From a bacterium (lineage in GTDB: Bacteria; Bacillota_I; Bacilli_A; RF39; UBA660), in assembly GCA_014846175.1 (NCBI GenBank), contig RKAV01000062.1, forward strand, positions 1 to 57,779: DNA of 57,779 bases, read 5' to 3'. A program made the position numbers and the translations under genes. Shown here one piece after another: positions 46,594 through 55,786 of this stretch (within the stretch, counting starts at the first letter, position 1; each line of letters begins with the position of its first letter). Below the pieces are notes generated by a model. That model worked only from the letters and a program-made list of their open reading frames with translations. It searched no databases and was not told the DNA's origin.

Positions 46594-47807
46594 AAAGATT
46601 ACTAAGAATTAGTTTTGATTTATCATTATTATCATTTATACCAATAATATCTTGGTTTTTACTTGGAATAATAGTTGATAAGAATTTAATTAATATATTT
46701 ACACTAACTTATCCGTTACAATTTATATATTATATAATTAAATCTATATTTTCTACTGGAGCTAATATAAGTAAAGAAAAAGATAAAAACGAAAATGCAG
46801 TAATGTCAGGTTTAGTATTAGGAACAATTGTTTCTATAATTATTTTTACTATAATTCTATTAAATGTGGATAATTATATTAGTTTTATGAATATGGATAT
46901 AAGTACATATAAAAACTTTACTATATATTCAATATTACAACTATTCATTTGTTTAGAATTTGCGATGATGCAAGATAAACTATATTATGAAGAAAAAAAT
47001 AAATTAGCAAATAAGTATTCTTTAGTATTTAATTTGTTAAATTTTATATTATTGATTGGAACATCTTTAATAACAAAAAATCAAATTATTATAATTGCAA
47101 CAACATTGATTCCATTAGCGATATATACTTTGTATATTTATATTAAAAATAGTAATAATTTTAAATTTAATATTAATGTATTAAAATGTATAAAATACGA
47201 TTCAGTTGAATTGTTCAATAATATTGCATTCTTTTTAATATTCTTGTTTGGATTATCTAATGCCTTAGAATATGGAGAAATGTATGCAACTGCTTTAACT
47301 TTTATAGCATTAATAACAGATACACAGTGGGATACTTTTGTTGCTATAAAAGAGGCAGCAACAATAGATATTAGTAAAAGAAAATTTAATTATATAGAAC
47401 ATAGAAATAATGCTTACAAATTATTAGGAATATTATTTGGGACAAGCTTAATTATGTTTGTATTATTATATGGATTTTATGATTTAGATTTTAAAATTAC
47501 AATGCTATATTTTTCATTTGAAATAGTTAATTTTTTAATTTATCCAATATATAGAATTAAAACTTGTTATTTACAATTGGAATATTCAGCTTTTAAAATT
47601 ACATCAAATAAGATAATAGCATCAATACTTAGAATGTTTATTTCGTTATTAAAAACACCATTTTGTACAGGAATAGGACAAGTGTGTTCATCAGTTTATC
47701 AATTTATAACAGTTAGTATAATGTTTGGTCATAATTTTAAAATTGATAAAACAGGTTGTGTTGTTAAAAAGAAATCAATATTGAATAATGACACTATGAC
47801 ATTATAA
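46590..47807 (+). CDS. polytopic membrane protein (about 12 TM, MOP/MATE-flippase-like topology; function unknown)
   Basis: ATGA start-stop overlap with the preceding gene. I count about twelve hydrophobic segments in the translation. Confidence 0.5.
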   Translation: MKRLLRISFDLSLLSFIPIISWFLLGIIVDKNLINIFTLTYPLQFIYYIIKSIFSTGANISKEKDKNENAVMSGLVLGTIVSIIIFTIILLNVDNYISFMNMDISTYKNFTIYSILQLFICLEFAMMQDKLYYEEKNKLANKYSLVFNLLNFILLIGTSLITKNQIIIIATTLIPLAIYTLYIYIKNSNNFKFNINVLKCIKYDSVELFNNIAFFLIFLFGLSNALEYGEMYATALTFIALITDTQWDTFVAIKEAATIDISKRKFNYIEHRNNAYKLLGILFGTSLIMFVLLYGFYDLDFKITMLYFSFEIVNFLIYPIYRIKTCYLQLEYSAFKITSNKIIASILRMFISLLKTPFCTGIGQVCSSVYQFITVSIMFGHNFKIDKTGCVVKKKSILNNDTMTL

Positions 47808-47966
47808 ATGTGAGTAGGATACTAACAAACAATGTGTCATGTATCATTTAATAATAAAAATAATGAAATATGTGATATAATAGTATATATAAAAAGAAGC
47901 GCTAGTACAGGCTTATGATTATAAGTTTTTGTATTGGCGTTTTTTTCGTAGTAAGGAAGTGATAAA

Positions 47967-50024
47967 ATGAATTTAAATTTAGAAAATGGATATACTGTTA
48001 CTTTACCTTCAAAAGGAAAGCATAATATATATTATGGACCAAATAAAATAGGTAAAACTCAGATATCTCGTTCGATGAAAAAATATTATGAAGAAATAAG
48101 TGAAAAAGTTCTTTTGTTTAATGAAAATATTTTAAGTGATATGATTATTCAAAGTAGTGAAGATATTAATTCTTTTGAAGTAATGCCTATGGCACAAGAG
48201 TATAATAAATACTATAATAATATGCAAAAAAGTAAAGAAAAATTATCAATGAAAAATAGTTTAAAGGATTTATGCTTAGTTAATACAAAAAAGGCATTTC
48301 AAGGGTTTGAAAAAATAAGTGAGTATATTAATGATGATAATACTTATTCTTATAATGGTGATGCTTTATCACCAGTTTATAGTCAAGATGATATCAAGGA
48401 TATGTATAAGCCAAAAAAGGTAAATATGAATATTTTTGAAATAATTGATAATCTGAAAAAGGATAATATCAAAATAATACCAGATAATGTTAAGAAAATT
48501 GTTGAGTATGATATATATAACATTCAATTGAAAATAAATCAAGACCCAGATAAATACAAGAATTGTCCTGTTTGTTTTTCACCTATTTGTCAAGAGAATT
48601 TAGATAATATAAGGGAAAGCATTGAAAATGGTTCAATCGAAAAAGAATTGCAATTATCAATATTATTCTATTTAGATAATAAAAGTGATATTTTAAGAAA
48701 TAAAATGTCTGAGATATTATTATGTGAATCATATGAATCCTTTGAAAAAGATTTTAAGTTAGATGTTGAAAAATCTATTATTTCTTATTTAAGTAATCAG
48801 TATGATAAAAAGGATGTTATAAATTATAAAGAAAATAAAACAAAAGTTGAAGAAATATTAAATAAAACAAAGGATTTTAAAATAAATGAAAATGTTGAAT
48901 TAAGTAATTATATAAAAAATAAATTAAAGAATCATACGGTTTATAAAAATACAGATATAGAAATAAAAATTAGTGATGGAAAGTTAAAAGTTTTAAATAG
49001 TCAAGTTGAATATGATAAAATGTCTAAATCGGAACAAAATTATTTCAAATTTCTTTATTTTGATATTTTAGTTCATCAAAAGATTTTAGAAGGGAATTTG
49101 CATATAATTATTGATGATCCATTTGATAGTTATGATGATATTTATGTCCAAGATTCAATAGCAATAATAACAAAATTAATAAATGAACATATTGAAGATA
49201 TTGATACAATTGATATTTTTTCTCACAGTATGTATATTCTTGATTTATATGATTCATTGAAAAAAATATATAATAAATTTAATATTTACTGGATGGATCA
49301 AATTGGTTTAACAAAAGAAATAAATATATTTGAAGATGGCTATCTTTTGTTTGAAAAAATAGATATAAATCCTTACGATTATGGAATTATATTGAAGATT
49401 AGCGATAAAATGGTTGATAAATATTCATTGATTGTATTTGCTGCACTTTTAAGAAATGAAATAAATGTAGAGCGTTTGTTATTTAAAAATAATAGCAATG
49501 GTGAACTTTCTGATGTGAAAAATAAAGTAGAAGAACTATATAATAAAATATCAGAATCAATCGATCATGTGAGGGAGGAAATATCAATAATTGAATTAAA
49601 TAACATTATTAATGAAATATTTTATTTTGGCTTAAACGATAACGAAATACAGAATGTGTCATCTTTATTTGATGATATTTCAAAAGATTATGTTGATATA
49701 GATATAAAAGCAAAAACTGGTTCTGGAAATGTTGTATCGGTTCCTAAAAATGATATTTGTTATATATTAATTTATAAAATATTATTTGGTTTGAAAATTA
49801 GAAGATTATTAGAAAAGAAGGTTTATGATATTGTACAAGAAGACTACACTGAAGTGTGGGATTTAATTGAAAAAATACCAAATACTCCATTGTATGATTA
49901 TTATAATTTATATAAATACATAATTAATTCGTTTAATCATTCTTCATCAAGAGTTGTTCCACCAATTTTTGTGTATAGTTTCAAATCATTACGAGAAATG
50001 TATGAAGAATTACAAGCATTGTAG
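47967..50024 (+). CDS. AAA_13 / PrrC-RloC-like ABC-type ATPase with unknown C-terminal domain (685 aa)
   Basis: Walker A-like YYGPNKIGKTQ, central coiled region with CPVCFSPIC, signature-like MSKSEQNYF, Walker B IIIDDPFDSYDD (compare the DDPxSSLD of this family). About 270 aa of C-terminal sequence carries no motif I recognise. Confidence 0.55.
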   Translation: MNLNLENGYTVTLPSKGKHNIYYGPNKIGKTQISRSMKKYYEEISEKVLLFNENILSDMIIQSSEDINSFEVMPMAQEYNKYYNNMQKSKEKLSMKNSLKDLCLVNTKKAFQGFEKISEYINDDNTYSYNGDALSPVYSQDDIKDMYKPKKVNMNIFEIIDNLKKDNIKIIPDNVKKIVEYDIYNIQLKINQDPDKYKNCPVCFSPICQENLDNIRESIENGSIEKELQLSILFYLDNKSDILRNKMSEILLCESYESFEKDFKLDVEKSIISYLSNQYDKKDVINYKENKTKVEEILNKTKDFKINENVELSNYIKNKLKNHTVYKNTDIEIKISDGKLKVLNSQVEYDKMSKSEQNYFKFLYFDILVHQKILEGNLHIIIDDPFDSYDDIYVQDSIAIITKLINEHIEDIDTIDIFSHSMYILDLYDSLKKIYNKFNIYWMDQIGLTKEINIFEDGYLLFEKIDINPYDYGIILKISDKMVDKYSLIVFAALLRNEINVERLLFKNNSNGELSDVKNKVEELYNKISESIDHVREEISIIELNNIINEIFYFGLNDNEIQNVSSLFDDISKDYVDIDIKAKTGSGNVVSVPKNDICYILIYKILFGLKIRRLLEKKVYDIVQEDYTEVWDLIEKIPNTPLYDYYNLYKYIINSFNHSSSRVVPPIFVYSFKSLREMYEELQAL

Positions 50025-50030
50025 AATTCT

Positions 50031-50051
50031 AGATACCAAAACTAGATACTA
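50031..50051 (+). repeat. AGATACCA / AGATACTA repeats at the right arm of IME-1
   Basis: TTCTAGATACCAA (50027-50039) is identical to 38848-38860. A second CTAGATACTA follows. Confidence 0.5.
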
Positions 50052-50166
50052 AATCTCAAAAATAAAGCTATTTTTATAAGCTTTGATAAATTTTTATAAA
50101 AGAAAAAGCCTTATTTTGCAAGACTTTAACAAATTATTAAATTATTACGAACTGATAATAATATTT

Positions 50167-50176
50167 CCCCCTGAAG
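50167..50176 (+). repeat. putative att core copy 2 (CCCCCTGAAG)
   Basis: Identical to 38780-38789. Confidence 0.55.
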
Positions 50177-50208
50177 AGGAATCGAAAGATTCCTCATTTT
50201 TGTTTTTT
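50177..50208 (+). terminator. GAAA-loop terminator hairpin following core copy 2
   Basis: AGGAATC-GAAA-GATTCCT then CATTTTTGTTTTTT. Same architecture as 38790-38820 but a different stem sequence. Confidence 0.6.
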
Positions 50209-50260
50209 GCTTGAAATTACAAGGGTTTGTTAATTTTAAATTTTATAAATTAATGCTTTC

Positions 50261-50289
50261 AACTACCAATTAACTACCAAAATCTACCA
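50261..50289 (+). repeat. three direct AACTACCA/ATCTACCA repeats (putative Int-2 arm-type sites)
   Basis: AACTACCA at 50261 and 50272, ATCTACCA at 50282. They overlap the 3' end of int-2. Confidence 0.45.
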
Positions 50290-51415
50290 TTGTAGCATCA
50301 GTACAAGTTAGTTTATTTATGGTATTTACAGCATCATAAAGTTTATCTTTGAACATATGAGTATAAGTATCTAAAGTTTCTTCGATTGAAGCATGACCTA
50401 AGAAATCAGATACAACTGCTATATTAGTATTATTATTAATTAATAGTGATGCACAACTATGCCTAAAGTCGTGTAATCTTATTCTTTTAATATTAGCTTT
50501 TTTAGCAATTTCAATATTCTTATGCCTCATTTGATAGAATGTTATAGGAAGATAATTTCCAAATATAAACCATTCATCGTTAAATTCAGCAAATTGCTTT
50601 TGCTCATCATATAGCTTTTTTAAATCATTAAATAATACATTAGCAATAGGTAATATCCTATTACTTTTTTTAGTTTTTGGCTGTGTTAATTCATAATTTG
50701 TACAAGTTTCAGATCCATGTGTAACAGCTTGTTTTGTAATAGATACTGATTTATTATTCCAATTAATATCTTTCCATTGTAAGCCTCTAGCTTTACCTCT
50801 ACGAAGTCCTAGATAATATAAAGTTTCATACATACATTTAATTTGTAAGTTAGGGGATTCTGATATAAATTGATTAAATTCTTCTAAAGTATAGAAATCC
50901 ATTTCTTTCTTTAAATCAGATGCTGTAGTAAAACTTTCCATTCTGCTATAAAATTTACTCATATTGAAACCATAAGTCTTAGTTGCCCAATTAATTACAA
51001 TCTTTAAGAATTTTTGAATTTCATTTTTATAACTATTTGAACAATCTACTTTCATCATTTCAGCTCTCCATCTTTGATAATGAGTAGCATCCATATCTTT
51101 TAATTTAACTTTATCAAACATTCCAATATATTTAATTCTATCTCGATAAGTCTTTAAAGTTGACCATCTTACTATATTTTTTTGAACTTCGTAATATTTT
51201 GTGTACAAATCTTTGAAGGTCATATTCATATCTCCTTCAAATACTTCAGCCATTTTTAAATATTCTTTTTCAGCACGTTTTGCTTCTGCCTCAGTTTTAT
51301 ATGCTTTGGAAAACTTTTTGTGTTTTTTACCATCTAAACCTGTTTCCCAAATATACCATATATATTTACGACCATCTTTAGTCCATTTGCTTTCTTCTAA
51401 TAGTCTAACTGCCAT
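50270..51415 (-). CDS. int: tyrosine site-specific integrase (IME-2)
   Basis: GLRRGKARGL...HDFRHSCASLLI...GHASIEETLDTYTHMF. Paralogous to int-1. SD AGGAGG lies 7 nt before the ATG at 51415. Confidence 0.9.
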   Translation of the reverse strand: MAVRLLEESKWTKDGRKYIWYIWETGLDGKKHKKFSKAYKTEAEAKRAEKEYLKMAEVFEGDMNMTFKDLYTKYYEVQKNIVRWSTLKTYRDRIKYIGMFDKVKLKDMDATHYQRWRAEMMKVDCSNSYKNEIQKFLKIVINWATKTYGFNMSKFYSRMESFTTASDLKKEMDFYTLEEFNQFISESPNLQIKCMYETLYYLGLRRGKARGLQWKDINWNNKSVSITKQAVTHGSETCTNYELTQPKTKKSNRILPIANVLFNDLKKLYDEQKQFAEFNDEWFIFGNYLPITFYQMRHKNIEIAKKANIKRIRLHDFRHSCASLLINNNTNIAVVSDFLGHASIEETLDTYTHMFKDKLYDAVNTINKLTCTDATMVDFGS

Positions 51416-51509
51416 TTTCATTCCTCCTTTGCTTAGATTAGACTATTCACGCACTTCAGTTGGTAGTTTACCATATTTAATTATTTTTTCCAACTGAAGT
51501 GCGATAGTT

Positions 51510-52922
51510 TTATCTTTCTATTTCAAAATCATCTTTATTTTTATGGTTTTTACTATAATAACCATAATTAATAGCATCAGCTATATTTTCATATTCTTCT
51601 AATTTATCTTTAGGTTTATCTCTACCTAAAACTTTATCTAGTGCTTTACATATCTTTTTAAGTAGAAATTTCCATTTATCAACTTCAGTTTCTAATTTAG
51701 TTTTTAAACTCTCGATATTATTACTTAGTATATTAACTAAATCATTTAATCTACCAATTTCTTGTTTTTGTTCCTTAATTATTTTATTTTTCTTTAATAA
51801 TTCATTGTTATTTTTAAAAGTTTTGTTTTCTTCAGTAAGTTTAGCAATTTCCATATCTTTATTAGCGTTATCAGTACTTAAGATGATTATTTTGTGTTGT
51901 AATCCTTTTGTGTATTTAATTATCTTAAAAACATCATCTTCTTTATAACCACCAAGTTTTCTTTTAGTAGGATTTAATACATTACTATAATCACTATTAT
52001 ATTCGAGATTTTTAAGTCCATTTTTAGAGTTTTCAATAATCTTTAAGGTATTCTCCTTTTCTTTATTTAATTCTTCTAATTCGACTTTTTTCTCGGCAAT
52101 ATCATAATCTAGTTTTGATTGATTTTCTTTATTAGAACCAACATCTCCACGATAGAGATTAAATCCTTTTTCAGTAATAAACTTATTAAAGTCATTTTGC
52201 ATTTGATGAAAAGATAATTTACCACCTTTATCTTTCCAAAATTGATCACAGTTTAAAAATTTACCATTTACTTCTTCATAAACAATTTTACCTTTATCAT
52301 CACGAAGTAATTTAGGTACAATAGAGGTAGTTCTATCTTTCTTTTTTATTTCTTCTTTAACAACATTACCATTTTCATCTTTTACAAAACATTTTCTTTT
52401 AACTTTAGTAACTACGGGAACAAAATAAGCTTGTAGGTGAGGAGTATCTTCATCATAGTGAATTTGTGATAATAAGATATTTTCTTCACCAACATATTCT
52501 TTTAAAAACTCCATACAAGAGTCAAAAAAGTAACTTACAGCTTTTGTTATATCTCCTTTAGCTTTAATATCAGGAATCATTACTGCTTGTCCTTTTTTAT
52601 CTCCTGTATGATAAGTTCTACCACTATCTTTAAATTTCATTCCAAGTGATTGAAAGAATTCAGGACCACTTGTGAATGTTACACCATTTAAAAGGTTAGT
52701 GTTAGGTCTATTTTGATATTCAATATTTCTTACTTTTAAATTATTCTTAACTTCTTGATATAAATTATTTTGAGTAAGAGATACATATTCAACATTAAAT
52801 ATAGTTCTATCTTTATCATAATTACCTGTACCTTTTCTATCAGTCATTTCTACACCAATATTATAAAGGTCATCTTTTTTACATTGAGTTTCAACTCGTA
52901 CTACTTGTTTTCCATCATACAA
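51510..52922 (-). CDS. mob: MobV-family relaxase (IME-2)
   Basis: HYDEDTPHLQAYFVPVV and collinear similarity to the IME-1 relaxase. TTG start with SD AAGGAG. Confidence 0.8.
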   Translation of the reverse strand: MYDGKQVVRVETQCKKDDLYNIGVEMTDRKGTGNYDKDRTIFNVEYVSLTQNNLYQEVKNNLKVRNIEYQNRPNTNLLNGVTFTSGPEFFQSLGMKFKDSGRTYHTGDKKGQAVMIPDIKAKGDITKAVSYFFDSCMEFLKEYVGEENILLSQIHYDEDTPHLQAYFVPVVTKVKRKCFVKDENGNVVKEEIKKKDRTTSIVPKLLRDDKGKIVYEEVNGKFLNCDQFWKDKGGKLSFHQMQNDFNKFITEKGFNLYRGDVGSNKENQSKLDYDIAEKKVELEELNKEKENTLKIIENSKNGLKNLEYNSDYSNVLNPTKRKLGGYKEDDVFKIIKYTKGLQHKIIILSTDNANKDMEIAKLTEENKTFKNNNELLKKNKIIKEQKQEIGRLNDLVNILSNNIESLKTKLETEVDKWKFLLKKICKALDKVLGRDKPKDKLEEYENIADAINYGYYSKNHKNKDDFEIER

Positions 52923-52970
52923 TATTTAATTCTCCTTTCTTTGTTTTTAGTATTAGAGGCCATTTATGAC

Positions 52971-53046
52971 CTATCTCACTAGGGCATAGCCCAATCGTGA
53001 GTTTAAGGATTTCACCCTTAAAAATCCCAAATAATCACTATCGCCA
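52971..53046. other. candidate oriT region of IME-2
   Basis: CTATCTCACTAGGGCATA (52971-52988), CCCAATCGTGAG and CACTATCGCCA (53036-53046) are shared with the IME-1 mob-upstream region. Confidence 0.4.
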
Positions 53047-53119
53047 AGTTCTTATTTATAGAAGATGATTATTCATCATCTTCAAGTATAGGTTCTTAAT
53101 ATACACAATGATATTTTCT

Positions 53120-54027
53120 TTAATTACTAGTTCTAGACTTTGTTATATGAAGGCCTTCTTTTTCTAATAAATCAATATTTAAATTTAATGATCTTCCAAA
53201 ACGTAGAGCAGTTGTTTTTAACTTAGCATCATGAATAATACTTGTAGAAGTAAATTCAAAATCTTTTTTATATGATGCATACTTAATAAAAAGAATTAAG
53301 TTTTCATCAATTTCATCATCTTCAATTGAATTACTTATTTTAAAAGTTTGATTTTTATTTCTTTTTAAATCTATATCAAAACCTTCAAAATCTCTATTAA
53401 TTACTTTCATAGTTAAATGATTATGGTCATTTCTATTCTCAAACAAAGTAATTTTACCATCTATACAAGCATCAAAAGCTGTACTACCTAATGTTTCATT
53501 CCTTTTATTTAAGTGATGAGTAAATAGAATAGTGATATTGTATTTCTCGCATAATTCTCTTAACTTAGGCATTAACTTTTGAGCTACATCTTGAAAATCA
53601 TTAATATCATAAGAGATACCTAAATCCATATCTTTAAGCATATCTATTATTACAAATTTATTAGTAGTTTTATCACCAGCAAAATCAGCAATTTCATATT
53701 CATGGTCAAATATACTTATAGTAGATTTTCCATCTCTCTATCCATGATAAATAATGAGCTTTCCTTTGGAGTTAATTGTAATGTTTTGTATCTGTCTTGT
53801 AATTGACCAAAATCAGACTCTGTGCTAATATATAATACAGGTGAAAGAGTTACTTTGTGTCCTAGAAATGGTAATCCATTTGTAAGGCAGTAGGAAAGTT
53901 GCAGTGCCAACATAGACTTTCCTACTTTAGGTTTTGATACAAGTAAATATACACCTTTAGACCTCATTAGTCCTTCGACAATGATGTCTTTTTTTTCACT
54001 TGTATCTATCTCTTCAATTAGTTTCAT
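53120..54027 (-). pseudogene. RecA-like AAA ATPase of IME-2, split by a frameshift
   Basis: ORF 53716..54027 carries the Walker A (SKPKVGKS). ORF 53120..53641 carries FTHHLNK and the C-terminus. The C-terminal frame stays open upstream to about 53745 (GKSTISIFDHEYEIADF...KFVIIDMLKDM), so a single frame change near 53745-53760 explains the split. Confidence 0.7.
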
Positions 54028-54030
54028 ATT

Positions 54031-54267
54031 TTACGCTCCTTTCTTTACTCGAGATTCTAAATAACCTATATTAATATCTAAATAATCTACTACTTCTTTC
54101 ATAGGTACTACATGCTTTGGAACCATATAACCTTGTTTAGTAAGTTTATCTTTAATAGTTCGTTTAATTTTAAGAGCAGAATTTCTACCAACTTGGCTAA
54201 TTTTCATTAAATCTTCTAAATTGCACCATTGTTTTGATACGATTTCTAAAGTTTCCTCAGCAGTCAT
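54031..54267 (-). CDS. small HTH protein, excisionase / DUF3173-like (IME-2)
   Basis: Paralogue of 42723..42974. Confidence 0.5.
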   Translation of the reverse strand: MTAEETLEIVSKQWCNLEDLMKISQVGRNSALKIKRTIKDKLTKQGYMVPKHVVPMKEVVDYLDINIGYLESRVKKGA

Positions 54268-54285
54268 TTTCTCCCTCCTTTCTAC

Positions 54286-54386
54286 ATTGTAAGGTTATCC
54301 TTACAATTATATTATCTAACAAATAAATTTTATTGTCAAGAAAAACTGACAAAATGTTGTGAAAAACTTACAAAGTATGATATAAT
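54286..54386. promoter_or_regulatory. divergent switch region of IME-2: inverted-repeat operators and XRE promoter
   Basis: ATTGTAAGGTTATCCTTACAAT (54286-54307), TTGTCAAGAAAAACTGACAA (54333-54352), TTGTGAAAAACTTACAA (54357-54373). Promoter is TTGTGA-17 nt-TATAAT with TG extension. Confidence 0.5.
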
Positions 54387-54431
54387 GAATTTGGGATTAA
54401 TTTATATCCTAATAAATGAAGGAGTATTTAT

Positions 54432-54956
54432 ATGGATAAAGAGATTACTTTAAAAACTTTAATTGAAGGTGGAAGAGATATAAAGAATTTTTCTCAAAGA
54501 GAACTTGCCAGAAGAATAGGATTAAGTAATACATCATTAAATGATCTTGAAAATGGAAAAGTTCAAAAACCTGATATAGAAGTATTAAGAAAAATTGCTG
54601 AAGAACTCGATTTGTCTTTAGAACAATTATTAAAAGCAGCAGGATATAATGCCATAACAACAATGCTAACTAGTGATGAGTTTCAAAATAAATCAACTAG
54701 AGATTTAAAAAATATTATTAAAGAGTGCAGAAACTTTAAGTATGACATTTTAGATTGGGATAGTAATAAACGAAATATAACAAGAAATGTAATGGCTGAT
54801 TTAGAAAGAATTACACATAAATTAGAGCTTATAAGAGATAATCGAGGAATAAACTACACATTAGATAATGCGATAGAAGATATTAATAAATCTTTAGAAG
54901 AGTTAAAAGATGTAGTTAAGAAATATGATTATAGTAAATTACCTAATGACTTATAG
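54432..54956 (+). CDS. XRE-family regulator with C-terminal extension (IME-2)
   Basis: FSQRELARRIGLSNTSLNDLENGK HTH. C-terminal KKYDYSKLP as in IME-1. Confidence 0.75.
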   Translation: MDKEITLKTLIEGGRDIKNFSQRELARRIGLSNTSLNDLENGKVQKPDIEVLRKIAEELDLSLEQLLKAAGYNAITTMLTSDEFQNKSTRDLKNIIKECRNFKYDILDWDSNKRNITRNVMADLERITHKLELIRDNRGINYTLDNAIEDINKSLEELKDVVKKYDYSKLPNDL

Positions 54957-54974
54957 AAAGAGAGATGATTAATA

Positions 54975-55772
54975 ATGATTTTAGTGAATAATGAAAAGTT
55001 AAATAATTTAAACTCTATTTCTGTAAATGATTTATATATTTTGACTGATTTTGATGGAACAATTACTAAGGATAATAGTGATAGTTCTTGGGCAAGTATT
55101 TTTAAAAATCCTAAAGTTACAAAAGAATTTATTGATGAATGTATAAGAATATTTAGTCATTATCATAAATTTGAAATTGATGAGTCATTATCAATTGAAG
55201 AAAAAATGCCAATCATGAGTGAATGGTATAGAAAAAATATAGAAACATTAATTAATTTTGGTATTACAGAAGAAATTATAAACTATGCTGCTAATAACGA
55301 AAGTATTATGGCTTTTCGAGATGGAGCAATTGATTTTTTAAAGACAATGTATGAAAAAAATATTCCTATTATAGTAATATCAGCAGGTGTTGGTAATATT
55401 ATTGAACAATTTTTAATTAGAAATAATTGCAATTATTCAAATATTTATATTTGTTCTAATTTCTTGGAATATGAAAAAGGCATAGTTAAAGGAGTTAGAG
55501 ATAATAATTTAACTCATCCATTAAATAAAAATGAAGTATTTTTACCATCAAATATTAAAAGTAAAATTATAGGCAGAAATAATATTTTACTTCTTGGCAA
55601 TAGTGTTTTAGATATAAATATGGCAGGTACTAATAGAAATGTTTATAAATTGGGTTTTTTAGATGAAAAAATAGAAGAAAGATTAGAATCTTTTAAAGAA
55701 AACTACGATATAGTTTGTACAGATAATACTTCTTATGATGAAATACGAAGTAAAATAAAAATTCTAAATTAG
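54975..55772 (+). CDS. HAD-superfamily nucleotidase, pyrimidine 5'-nucleotidase (UMPH-1)-like (tentative)
   Basis: LTDFDGTITKD (DxDxT motif I), cap-like insertion, VISAGVGN and GNSVLD motifs. Confidence 0.5.
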   Translation: MILVNNEKLNNLNSISVNDLYILTDFDGTITKDNSDSSWASIFKNPKVTKEFIDECIRIFSHYHKFEIDESLSIEEKMPIMSEWYRKNIETLINFGITEEIINYAANNESIMAFRDGAIDFLKTMYEKNIPIIVISAGVGNIIEQFLIRNNCNYSNIYICSNFLEYEKGIVKGVRDNNLTHPLNKNEVFLPSNIKSKIIGRNNILLLGNSVLDINMAGTNRNVYKLGFLDEKIEERLESFKENYDIVCTDNTSYDEIRSKIKILN

Positions 55773-55786
55773 GTCGTGGTGATATA

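Larger units (their letters stand above)
38780..50176. mobile_element. integrative mobilizable element IME-1 (about 11.4 kb) bounded by CCCCCTGAAG cores
   Basis: Backbone of tyrosine integrase, MobV relaxase, AAA ATPase, small HTH and divergent XRE regulator, plus cargo. Flanked by the 10-bp direct repeat. No capsid, terminase or tail genes. Confidence 0.7.
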
